DNA from: Camelus dromedarius
Taxonomy: Eukaryota
Direction of reading: 5' to 3'
Length of the DNA stretch: 64,000 nt
Assembly (NCBI RefSeq): GCF_036321535.1
Contig: NC_087437.1
Location: 43,650,001 to 43,714,000, forward strand
Shown piece after piece: positions 1-12,131 of this stretch. The position numbers were made by a program, and so were the translations under genes. The notes beneath the pieces were generated by a model. That model ran no database searches. It was not told the DNA's origin and worked only from the letters and a program-made list of their open reading frames with translations. Numbering within the stretch: the stretch's first letter is position 1; each line of letters opens with the position of its first letter.

Positions 1-1020
1 ATTTTTAATATATGTTTGTACATATACTTATGGAAGTTCCTATATCCTATTTGGTAGTAGTGAGAAAGCTTCATATTAGCTCAGAATTACTGTGTTTTTT
101 CTCTTACTATTTTCTCACATTGAAATGATTTCTCAATTGGTGCTTCCATAGAGAATTCCTCAGTTAATTATGTAGGAATTTATTAAGATAATTGATTCAT
201 GACATTAAGATTACCTTTGTTCATTTGATTTTGGAGGAGCACTACTGTATCAAATAAACAACCTCGTCATTTGCTACTTTTTTCCAGTGAGTGCTCAGGA
301 AAGAAATTAAAATGATACATCATCAGAGTATCTTCCTGTAAAGTCAGATGAAACGACTTTTGCAAATCAAATGGCATGCAGTTCCACCTATCAGAGATTT
401 GGCTCAATTATGAGTCTAATCATGGTTCTATTAACATAATCATTTACCTTCATTCTCAAAGGCCCATATTTGCAGGATACCTACTACATGGTGGGGGCTA
501 AGGAAACAAATCTAAAGACATCGATGTATTTTCTTCACCATGTATATAAGAGGACATAAAATATCTTTTAGAAAACAAGTGTGACATATACGCTATTCAG
601 CATGGGGTAACTACATAGTGGCCATTTTAATTCCATAATAATGCGATCCTTCAAATAAAATTACATTTGCCCTTCATTTACATTACGTAAAACGAATTCA
701 TTTTAACTGCAGCATGAATTATGCCCTTCCTTTTCACAGCTCTTCTTCAGAGTATGCCCTGCCCCCAATAAGCATTTTTGTACAAATCTAGTGATGAGAT
801 AACATGGCTTTTCTAGTCTGCCAGGTTTCTGTGGGAACCAAGAAATAGCACAGATATTCATCATGTTAAGTAGACTATTGTATTATATTGATTATAAAGC
901 AGACATTGATAACTTCCTGGAGGGTGTTACCTTGTAGGAATTAGGCTGTAGTGTCCATTTCCTACTGAAGACAGTAATTCCATCTGTTTCCATGGCGCAT
1001 CAAGAGGTCGTGCCCGTGTT

Positions 1021-1190
1021 GTGGTCTAATGTGCAGACTCTAGCCTCAGGCTATTTGGATTTTGATTTCTAGCTCTGCTGCAGATTGTGTGACCTTAAAT
1101 TCTTTACCACTCTGTGTTTTAATTTCACCACAGTAAAATTATTAAGAAAATTAAATGAGCTACCATTTCTAAAGGACACCATAACAGGAC
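1021..1190 (+). mobile_element. MIR SINE relic
   Basis: gcagactctag...tctagctctgc...tgtgtgacctt...ctctgtgttttaatttc...gtaaaat resembles the MIR core. Confidence 0.6.
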
Positions 1191-1269
1191 CTGGGAGACA
1201 GAAAGTGAAACAGAAAGAAAATGGGCTTTGGTGCCATACAGAAGGAGGTTTTAATTATGAGTCTGCAAT

Positions 1270-1345
1270 GTATTAATTGTGTAATCTTGGGCAAGTTTCT
1301 TAAAATTTGTGAGTTTCAGTTTCCTTACTTAAAAACAAGACTGAG
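1270..1345 (+). mobile_element. MIR fragment
   Basis: tgtgtaatcttgggcaagtttcttaa...tcagtttcct matches the MIR core. Confidence 0.65.
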
Positions 1346-2229
1346 ATCTGCATCAATCCTGGCTCATGATACACACCCGCCCTATCCCCTCTCCCTTTCT
1401 TCTCAAACTCTCAGTTTACAAATTCGTAACAATCAAATTATGTAATTCCCAAATTAATAAAACTGAAATGATAAGTTTGTATTAGTAGCTTTATTTGAGG
1501 CATAATATACTTTCTTTCAGGTCTTTGTCTTAGGCAAAATTCTCCTGTCAATGAAGCTGAAAAAAAAAAAATCTAGCAGGTATATGTATTTGTAGGATTT
1601 GCTAATTAATTTAAGGAAGTTTTCAGCAAGAACAAAGCAAAAGAATATAATACATTTCCACCTTATTGTAATTGTGATTATGTGATATCACTCTTACAAG
1701 GTTTTTTTTTTTTTTTTGGTGGAAAGGTAATTACTGCTTCTTAGGCTGGGTTTACCTAAGCCTGCGATTGTTGTTGCTGATCGCCTGCGTATGGGAACCT
1801 ATCTCTCTACTCCTGTATGAGCAGAATATAGTTGAGCCTCCAGTTCTTGTGTGATATTAATTTGGCAAGAAACACACTCATCCTAAATTCATGAATTAAA
1901 AGAAGTTCAGAAAAGTTCTTAAATTCCTTCTGATCAAAAAAAAATTTTTTCCCATTTCACTATAGTCTTCAGATACTTTTTTCCAGAAAATTTTCCTACA
2001 AGTGAAAGCCTCTCATATCCATGGGTGGCAGTGAAGTGAGGTGCAAGTACGGCTCTCACCTTGATAGGTCCTGACACCCACTGTGTGCACACCACCTTCC
2101 TCGGTGCCTAAGGAGCTCCCGTCACTGGAGAGGTGTAAAACTAAAAAAATACTGCATTCAACTTCTAAAGCTGACTGAGAATTGAGATGAGTATTTCCCT
2201 GGAAAATTTCAATCAGGAAAGCGTCAATG

Positions 2230-2770
2230 TATTCATGAACAACATGAGAAGATTTGCAGCCTCACTAAAAATCAGAGAAATACAAATTAAAAAAAAATGT
2301 GATGCCATTTCCCCCCATGCGGTTATCAGAGATGATTACAAAAATTATAATACCCAGTGCTAAGAGTAATACAACGATAGGGACCTAACATTCACAATGT
2401 CTGGTATGTAAGGTGATTTAAACTTTCTTGAAACAAATTTCATGATGTATATCCACCTTAAAATATGAATAGAGCTCTTCTCAGTGTTTTCCCTAATAAA
2501 AATCTAAAGATGATCAGAATACATAAAAAAAAACTGATTTATGTCCAAAAATGTTTACCTCAGCACTATTTGTTTTAGTGACATAATGGCATCAATCTAA
2601 ATGTTTAAATATAGAGAGATGATTATAAATCATCGTACACCTGTAAGGCAAAGCATTAGCCTATTATTATGTAACATACTTGGAAGTGACTTTAATGGCA
2701 TAGGGAATTATTTCTGCTACAATTTTAAGTGAAGAAGTCAAATGAAAGTTGGACATATTGCAGATATAAA
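2230..2770 (+). mobile_element. Ancient L1 (ORF2 3' end and 3' UTR) relic
   Basis: cagcctcactaaaaatcagagaaatacaaattaaaa...gatgccattt resembles the L1 ORF2 SLIIREMQIKTTMRYH segment; aatgtttacctcagcactatt follows. Confidence 0.7.
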
Positions 2771-5700
2771 GGCAAGAAATTCTCTTATCATTTAACATAG
2801 ATACTCAGATGAAGAAATTATGGATAATTTTTTTTTATAGTTTTCTTTTCTCTAATTCTCCAACAATGGCATATACTGCTATTACTGTCACTTAAATACT
2901 TTTTAAAACTATGGAAATGTGATTACAAGTGACATTATGAAACACGGCAAAATATTCTAAAATATTAGCATATGATTGGCTTATGGAAATTAATTTAATT
3001 CCTAATCCACATGGCAGGAAGTTTTCTAATACATTCAAAAGGGACAAAATTGTATCCATTGATGCAGAATGTCTTCTGATATTTTCGCCTTTCATTTCAG
3101 TGTCAATGTGCTGTCCAGGAGCAGCAGCTCAAAGTTTATGCTGTTCAAGCTCTAAGGAGAGGTTTGCGAAAGCCTCTGCTGTCTCCAACACGGCACAGCT
3201 AGGCCAAGGCAATATTCTGCCCCCTTAGCTTTGTCCCTCTGAGGACTCAGAGACGACTGAGGGATGTCCCAAGAAAGAGCAAATGAGAGTCTCAGGAAAA
3301 TGCATGGTGTTGAGAAATCACCTCAGTGAAAAATTAGTTGTTACAATAAGTCTGGAAGCTTCTAAATGTTAAGTAGCTTTATATCTGATAGTCATAGCTG
3401 GGAAAGTACACATATCTGCCCTTCGCTTTCCAAAAGATCAGGTGGAGTTAGGTTCCTGCAGGGCAGTCCTTAAGAGGTGACCACTTGTATCTTTTGGCAT
3501 TCTGAGCTGTCTCTTTCCTTTCCACCTCTAAATGACCTGTCAGTCTACTGCTAGTTCCTTAAAACTAATTTAAACAGGTTACCTTGGTTTCTACCTCCCC
3601 TCTAGATATAATTGTTAACAGTGCCCCCCTAGGACTCCAAAAATGTCCAAGTTTAGTGAAGGTACAATCCTTGAAACTATGCCAATACGCCTCGAAGAGG
3701 AGCAGATTAAACTGTTGTTTATTTGCAATAAAACATCTGCTGTTTTCCCTTCTCATTATTTTGGCTTTAGTTTTAGGTGACATCATTCCACACTAAGAAT
3801 AATCCAATAGCCTTTGCAGTGAGCTCCCTCTCTCTAGCCTTACATTTCTCCCGTACACCTTCCATGTCGATGCCAAGTTGGTAGGTTATCCACATAACCC
3901 GTCTCCCCTTGCTTGTTAAAGCCCGGCATTGAGCCCTCACGGTGGAAGATTAGAAGAGAAGCTTTTTAGCGTGGCACGTGTGATCCTTCATAATGTGGCT
4001 TCTACCAACTACACAGAAATACTCAATAAATGATAGCTTTTGTTTTTATTATCCTGCAAAAACCAGCTATATCATTTCCTCCAGGAAGACTTCCCTAGGT
4101 TTCTTTTTGGCAACTTCACTGTTTTTTTTTTTACACCTTTCATTGTTATACTTGTCACACTCTATTTTATTAGAGGTCTGTGCTCCTTATTGACCTGCAC
4201 AGACTGCATCTTATTTGCCTCTGTATTCTCAGAGTACCTAGGTGCTTAAAAATGAATATTTAGTTAAATGGAATTTAATTTTTTGATTGATGTTTATCAG
4301 AATCAGCTCACTAAGGATGGATTTACAAAGGGGAATGGTGAAAATTAGGACCTTAGGAGTCTAGGATGTGGATGACTAGCTCACGACAAAAAAAGAGGTA
4401 CTGATGGTGGAGGGGACACAAATAGTCTGAACAACAGACTCTTCCAAAGTTTCCCAAAGCATCGTGTCTGCGATGTTCAAGATGGGAGGCTGCCAACCAG
4501 GCTGGCATTGGAGGAGTGGTAAAAGGTGGATTTTGCCTTTGGGGAGTTCTAATCTTCTCTGCACAGCATCGTTCTCCCCTAATCCCTGTGTCTCTAGACT
4601 CATGATTCCTGATCTCCAGGGCTCTCATACCTTCTGTCATCCCAGAGCCCCAAGCTAGGATGCTGCTTCTAAGTCAAGCTGGCCTCGCGTGCTCCACCCT
4701 TGCCCCTTTTGTCATCTTGGCTCCACCTGCAAGGTTCCTCTTCCTGGTGGTTGTAGAGAAAAATGGGTTTGCCTTTCTAAGTCTGGGTTAATCTTCTGTA
4801 AAATTATGGGATTGCACATTCCTTGGCTTTATGGCATAGTGAAAGCTGAATACTTAGATATGTGTCCTCTTAAGCCAAAGGAGTGATTTGCAAATATGGG
4901 AATTTCAACCCAGAAAGAGCCCTGCACTGAAGATGGCGTTTAGTGAATGCCAGATCCCTGAAGAGTGGTCATTATTACCACCCCATCCATTTACTTCTTT
5001 AGTAATAATGCAAATTCAGTATTTATTACAATCTGTATTCTATGCTACTTTCTAGCTTATTTTTTTGGTTGTGCCTATGACATGTTGACATATAGTTTCT
5101 TTTTCCTTTTATTCTTTATGTGGGCATTTAAACTTTAATTTTCTATATTTCTTTGCAGTAACCTACTTTAAGCTCCATGTGAATAAAAGAATATGAAATT
5201 TAGTCCTTCCCCACTAAATCACTCAGTTATGATTTTAGCACCAAATTAATGCAAAATAAAATTGTGCAGTTTATAACTGCAATTTAAAAATATATAGGGA
5301 ACTCTTCTCTTCCTAAAATTATCTTATATCTCAAATTTTAAAATAATTACCCTTCATGTTTCTTCCTTTGATGCATATTTTTATAGCCTGTCCTTCTAGA
5401 CTTTGTAAAAAAATAAAAGACAATTGCAATCATTGCTCTTACAGTTCTAATGATGGCTAGCTTTTTGTTTGTTTTGTTTTTTAGTATTAACACATCATCA
5501 AACCAACATGCAGAGCATTCAGTCTGAATTTTCTCCACCTTGTCACTGACTTGAGCTGAGAACTCATACAGATTTCATATGCCCTGAAGTTTAAGGATGT
5601 CTCCCCTAAATTCATTTTGAAATCTACTCTTAGGAACATTTAACCCAGTGAAATAGGGGATTAAACAAGAATTGTCCACCTCCCTACCCCTTCTTGGTAT

Positions 5701-6309
5701 ATGCAAAGTGTGTAACTCCCACACTTTCCGTCTCCTTCCCCTGAACTTCTCTTCCTCCTGAAACCTCAGTTCTAGGGAGTAGTAATAATTAACTCCAGTG
5801 AGGCTGGAGTGAAGCAGGGAACAATGGAGAGCACATACTTCTCAATTCAGTTACTTGTTCACCCTCCAGCACTTCTCTGTGTTTGTTGAGATAACGTGAG
5901 TCCAGCTCAGTGGTTTAACAGACCTTTTTTAGTACATGGCATCCAATTATCCTCTTGTAATATCCTAGTCAGATGCATCATAAGTGCAGACTCCCAAGAC
6001 CCAGAAAAAGTGAAATAAGGGATCTGTTTTAATTAAAAATGGAAAATCCTCCTTAATAGGCTTGTTATTTTATTGATTTATGTCCTTTGTGATTAAAAAT
6101 AGGACTTACGGTTGCTACTTGAATGTTAAAAGTGTGGGTTTGTTAAGTTATCCTCTGTATTATGGTCAGACAACTTATGTAAAATTACAAAAGGCTTCAC
6201 GCCAAATAGAATAGTGTTTTCTTAAAAAGCAGAGCTAAGAATAGCCCAAATTCTCAGGAGGTTTGAGAAAAATGACCCCAAAAAGGCAAGAAAGAAAGCA
6301 AACTCTTAC

Positions 6310-6560
6310 CAAATCATCACTCACCCCCCACATCGTTCCCCTTTACTCTCCTTTATTTTTCTCTCTAGCACTTTTCACTATCTGCTATTCAATATATTTC
6401 CTGTTATGAGTTTATTCCTGTCTCCCTCACCCAGAATTAAAGTTCAAGAAGGCAGGGAGTAGGTCTGTGTTTTTCACTGCTGTAACACCAGTGCTTGGAA
6501 GAGTGCTAGTACACGGTGGGCCCTCAATAAATAGTAATAAATAAATGATGGAATGAATAT
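6310..6560 (+). mobile_element. L2 LINE 3' end
   Basis: gaaggcaggga...gtctgtgtttttcactgctgtaacaccagtgcttggaagagtgctagtacac...ctcaataaata...gaatgaat is the typical L2 terminus. Confidence 0.8.
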
Positions 6561-6789
6561 TACTGATATGCTTTTTGAAATCTGTAAAGGTCTGAGGGCT
6601 AGCATATAATCAATTTTGGTAAATAGGATCTAGGTGCTTGAAATGAACTTGTGTTCTCTATAGGGAGCTTATGGTTCAATACAGGCAAATCAATTCAACC
6701 TGTAATCCAAGCAGTTTGTAATTCAGATCATGTAATTCGAATTCTCTATGTCCATATGTATTTCCTACATAGTCTGTCAAATGCTCAAA

Positions 6790-8650
6790 GAGTTACATAA
6801 AAGTCTTTGAAATAATTGTACTTCTACCCATGCTTCCCTTATTACTTTTAAATTTTCTTTATTTTACATGTTTTAGTGTTGTTCTCTTTGTCATATAAAT
6901 ATTGACAACTATTTTCATTGTTGGTTATAACTCTGATCCAGAATGTGGATTTTCCTTTGGGAAAAAAATAAGTTATTTAATATTTTCTTTCTTGACTTTT
7001 ACTTTATCTAAATTTAATACTGCCCAATGCTTGCTTTTAGCTTGTTTACCTTGTAATGCTTGTCCGCCCATGGATTTTTAATTTTTTTTTTTTTGCATGT
7101 TGCTTATGATCAGCATGTATTTGGATTTTGTTCCTTAAACAGTCAGAAATTCTTCATCTTTTAAAGGTAGAATTTATCCGACTTTTATCTACTGCCAATG
7201 CCACTCTGCTTGGCTTTACTTATTTTAGCTTTAGTTTTTATTATTCTTTATCTTAGTTATCATGTCTGATAGTTCTCTTTATTTTCTTAGTTTTTACTTT
7301 TTGGATTCTGTGGCTTTACTTTTAGTTTTCCAGTGAGTATAGCAATTTCCAAATCTATAAAAGTAAATACACATACACACCATGCTTCTAACTCTGAGGG
7401 TAAGTTCATTAATTAATTCATTCAACTAATATATATTGAGCACCTATTACATGAGAGGAAATGTTCTAGGCAGCTGAGGTACATCAGCAATCAAAACACA
7501 AAAGACATGGAACTTGAATTCTAGTGAGTTGCTTTTAAGAAATTACAAACAATATTTATGGTTAATTCATGGGTAAAGTCAAAATTAAATCATTTTTGCT
7601 TTCCTAATTTAATGTAGAGAATCTCAGATACTTTGTCTTCACCATTATTTACTGCCCTCTCAATTTAAAGGCCTTGTTAATATAATCTACTTGTTTAGAC
7701 CTAAAAATTCACATTAGTTTTTGTTTATAGCTTATACTGCTTCTATTCCAATAATGTTTTATGTTTTATCCATTTGTCAGTCTAAAGCTATGATTATTTA
7801 GAATAATAATTATATATAGTTAACTCTGTTTAACAATTTTGCATCACACCAGTCCTTTATTGACACAATTTTCCAGTTTTTAAATTCTGAGTTCTAATTC
7901 ATCATTCAGTAAGCTGGAGTTCTTCTTTAAGTAATATCTGCAAAAAGGACATGATTTCTGAGCCAAGCATACCTGAAACTACTCTGTCTTTTCATGTGTG
8001 AATAAATACTCAGTCAGGATAAAACATTTTACGTCATAAATTGATCTGCCCTGAAAACTCTGCAGCACCTTTTCTATTGTCTCCAGCTAGTTCGTGTCTC
8101 AAAGAAGTCAGTTGCTAGTCAGACTTTTATTCCTTTGTAGGGAACTTTTTTACCTGTAATGGTTGACAATAGAATGTATTAATTATCCTTGCGATTCAAA
8201 AATTTTGTTCTAGTAGGTGTTCATATACTTGTATCTTTTAAATCTAGGCCATTAGAATATTCATTTTTAAACCCAGAGAGATATCATCCTTGTACTTAAA
8301 TATTTGCATGGCTCATTATTACCTGTGAATTGCTTACTTTGCAACTGCCCTGATGCTATTTTCCTCTAAAATGTGTAACTGTAACTCCAAGGTTACATGG
8401 CCATTTTCTCAATCTCTAATTTCTGTTCTTTGTTTTTATATCTTTGTCCTTTTATTCTAAGGGGAGCTTCTTAAGTGTTTTTCCTCCTTACAGATTTCAT
8501 TTCCAGTTGTCTTATTTTATTTTTATGACTTTGTAATCTAATTTCATATACTGTATATTTTTGTACCCTATGGAGAATGCAAAATAGTATTGTTTATATT
8601 TGTTTCCCAATCCCAATGGTAAATAATTTTTAGAGATGAGCACTCACTGT
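6790..8650 (-). mobile_element. Decayed L1-like sequence, antisense, with an L2-like terminus at ~7405-7530
   Basis: Strong T skew with L1-like antisense phrases; internal ttcattcaactaatatatattgagcacctatt is an L2 terminus on the minus strand. Confidence 0.5.
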
Positions 8651-9199
8651 CAGTCATGTAGATAATATTCTCTATCTGTCCCTTTCTCTCTCAGTCTCTC
8701 TTTAATTTCCTTTACTTATTCTCAAATGGAATGTCATCTACACTGACTGTATGGTTACTCCTCAATAGGGTGGGTGAAATGGCTTGGCTCTGGTCATTAA
8801 TAACCTACTTCGGAGCTGGTTACATATCCATTCCATACCTGTAGCTAAAAGGCAGGATGATGTGTTGCCTAAAATGAGAACTTACATCTTTGCGTCTAGC
8901 ATGTTTATACTGTACTGACCTACGCTTGGCCCCTTGTTTCTAGAACTCATGCAAGAGAGGGGCCTGATGGTAGGGCTTAAACCTTTGGATTCACCTTTGC
9001 ATGATGCCACTTGACTTTTCAGTTATTTTATTATATGACCCAATAAGTGCCTTTTATTTTGTTGCTTTTTTTTTTTGCTTGATTCCTTTAAAAATGTTTC
9101 CCCTTTCAGAAATTAAAAGAATGCTAGCTAATACAATTGTTATTATTTCTTTATGTGTTTTAGCATTTATTTCTTTGTGTTTTGGTGAGAGAGGCAGAC

Positions 9200-10320
9200 C
9201 CTCAATTTGTAGACACTAAAAACCAAGTCATGTAGAGGAACCACCAACCAGCGATCCAGTCTTAGATCTAAGAAGGGAATTTTTCCAGTGGAAAAGTTGA
9301 CTGAGTAGGACTGAAAACAAATCAAAAGTCGTAATTTGACTTGGATACCATGCTCAAGGAAAGAAGGCAAAAACATCAAAAATAAAAAATATTTTCCTAT
9401 TTAAAAACATTATCAAGCAAGAGAAAGGTACCCCACACTAAAAGAAAAGCAGCCCTCTGAAAATGGTGCCGAAGCCAGAATATAATTTTAGAAATCTGAC
9501 ATTCTTCCTAGAATGTATAATATATTACCTCTGAACCGGAGGTATAAATCAACTTGAAGAAAATAGATTGAAATAAAAGACATCAGGGTGACCTTAAAAA
9601 AATGGGTAGTGAAATAAGGAAGGATATCAAGAGAATTAAATAATAGTGGCAGATTTTAAATCCACAATGATTGACGTTAATAAAGAGTACAATCAATATG
9701 GTAGAAAACTGATTCACTGACATGGAGGTCTTACTTAAACAGCCCACTCGTAATATAGGGATAAAGAGGAAAACAGAGTAGAAATGAGGGGGTAGAAAAT
9801 GATAGGTATGCTATTAAAATATAGAAAACTCACTTTAGAATAGTAGAGTTTTCTAAGAAAGATACAAACATTGGAATGGAAAAATTATGAACTGTATTGG
9901 GGAAGAATTTTACTGAGTTGAAAAAATGGCTTAAATATCCAAATTGAAAGAGTCTCCTTTACTATAAGCAAAGACTGAAAAGAGATACCCACATTTAGAC
10001 CAGCCCTAAAAAATTTTTAATTACAAAGATTGAAAAATGCATACTCTCATTTTTTCAACCCCTCCCCCCCATAAAGTCCATAAAGAAAACAACAAAACCA
10101 ATGCACAATAAGATACCTGGAAAAGAAAAAAAATCACCCCGGCCAGCCCTCTCTCCAGCTTCATTCCAGAAGACAACAGAACAGCAAACATAGAGTTTCA
10201 GGCAAAAACAATGTGACCCAAAGATATTACACACAACAAAATTCCTATTCTCAGATATTCAAGGGCTCAGAATTAATACCACGCTTGCATTCATCTTGAA
10301 ATAATTCAAGAACATTATAT
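9200..10320 (+). mobile_element. Ancient L1/HAL1 ORF1-region relic
   Basis: A-rich strand with gaagaattttactgagttgaaaaa...ccaaattgaaagag...cccacatttagac, as in old L1 ORF1; no intact ORF. Confidence 0.55.
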
Positions 10321-11244
10321 ATGTAAGAGGATTTATGATTCTTTCCATACTTTGGTCCCAACTCAGGAACCTAGATGGACAATGTCTCGTCAGGGGAATT
10401 CTGCAACCAACCCAGGGGAGATGCTAGATTCTACCTTTTTCCTCAGCTGTTTCTGTTCTGCTCCCACACTTCCACCAGTTTCCAAAATGTATTCTTTGTG
10501 CCACATCTTCCACTTTACAACTGAGATGGTGTCTCATGACTTATTTAGTGTCTACTTAAAATAACAAGTTCTGTCCTAGTCTAACAGTTGCTAAAAATGA
10601 CAAAAGTTAGATTTGAGAGTTCTACACCACTTTGAACACAATCGTTTTTTCCCCTTTATTTTTCTCCTTTATTTTCGTCCTAGAAAAGCAGAGATGAATA
10701 AAGTCCTATTATAATCATTTTAACTACTAGGAAATTTAATAACTTTCCATATTGTTTTAAAATTCTTATTTCATAACCTAACTCTTTGTTTTCCTGTCTT
10801 TCTAGTAAGAACTGAGTGATTTATTTTTTTCTCCATTTCATGTTTCTATTTTTGTTTTCTTTTTCAGGTTTCAAGTTTTCTTTAGTGTACTGCTTTTTTC
10901 ATTAAAAAAAAAAGACAATTAATTTTTTTTTAAAAAAAGGCAGTTCTCATGCTGTAGAGATGAATGTAGATGTTGACCTCAGACTTCTGAGCCGGAAGCC
11001 AGCATTCAGGCATACACTTACCTGCTAATAAAAAAAAAATTTTTTGAACACTTTCCTGGTACTTAACATATACAAGAACAAAATTATCACAGAGGAGACC
11101 TCCAGGATCTTACAGTTTTGGGGGAGACAGGTTCTAAATCAATAAAGCCACCTATACACACATCCTTGCCGATCTGGCTGTGTGCTGGCAGAACACCACA
11201 GCTCTGCCCCAGAAAGCAGCCTATAATCTAGTCTTCACAGCAGC

Positions 11245-11435
11245 AGAGTGTATTGGTTTCGAGCATGGACTTTGGAGTCAGAGCATCTGAGTTCAAATCC
11301 AGGCTCTGCTACTAATCAACTGTGATTTTACCTGATATTAACAATGCTGACCTAGTAAGATTAATCAGGATCGAGTGAGTCAACATTTGTAAGTTGCTTA
11401 AACTGCCTGGTGGATCATAAATGATCTGTAGGTGT
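11245..11435 (+). mobile_element. MIR SINE
   Basis: gagcatggactttggagtcaga...ctgagttcaaatccaggctctgctact matches the MIR tRNA-like head. Confidence 0.8.
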
Positions 11436-12043
11436 TAAATTAATAAAACCCAGTTTGATCAACTTTATGATCAGTTCCAGGTTCTCCAAGATGCTTGGCA
11501 GAGTTTAACTTGATTTTTATCATCATTTAAAGCCATTTATTTCTCTATGTCTTTTCCATTATTTGAGGGAAGTTGAGAGAGGGTGTGTTGGGGTTGTTTA
11601 ATTAATGTTAATAACACCATTTTTAATCACAAGCCTTGCAAAGCTAAGTGGAAGATCTAAACAGGCCCGAGCCACTGGCATATTTAAATGTTCACTTACA
11701 GACATTTCTAATTTCTAGAAAAAGTATGTCCTTTGCCTACTGCTTTGATAACCCTTTGCATCAGAGAAGATGAAGATCATCTTTAAATTCTTCCTTTTAA
11801 ACATGTCTATCTTCCCGGATCCAGGGCTCACAGAATGACTTAAGTGGCTTTCCAGGCTTGTGTGTGGGAGGCTGAAGACTTAGGCACTATGGCAATCATG
11901 GGTTTAAATAAATAAGCAGCGTAAGTTCACTGCTGCCACAAGCAAGACTTCCAAGCCAAACACAGAACCACATTTTAATGACTGTAAGCTCAGAAATTTT
12001 TACCTAACATTTAATTAGCTAGGTCCCTGCCCCTGGGCCTTTT

Positions 12044-12131
12044 TCTTTTTCTTTTAAATTTTTTTTAGGGGGTTAGTAATTAGGTTTGTTTGTTTGTTTG
12101 TTTGTTTTTAGAGTGGGTACTGGGGATGGAA
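12044..12131 (-). mobile_element. 5'-truncated copy of the same tRNA-derived SINE
   Basis: Shares gtaattaggttt...gtactggggat with the 45 kb copy, with an internal (gttt)n run. Flanked by direct repeat gggcctttt at 12035-12043 and 12132-12140. Confidence 0.85.

Noticed and set aside
4353..4886. GC-richer patch with several overlapping ORFs
   Set aside because: No recognisable protein, repeat or splice structure; a homology search would be needed.
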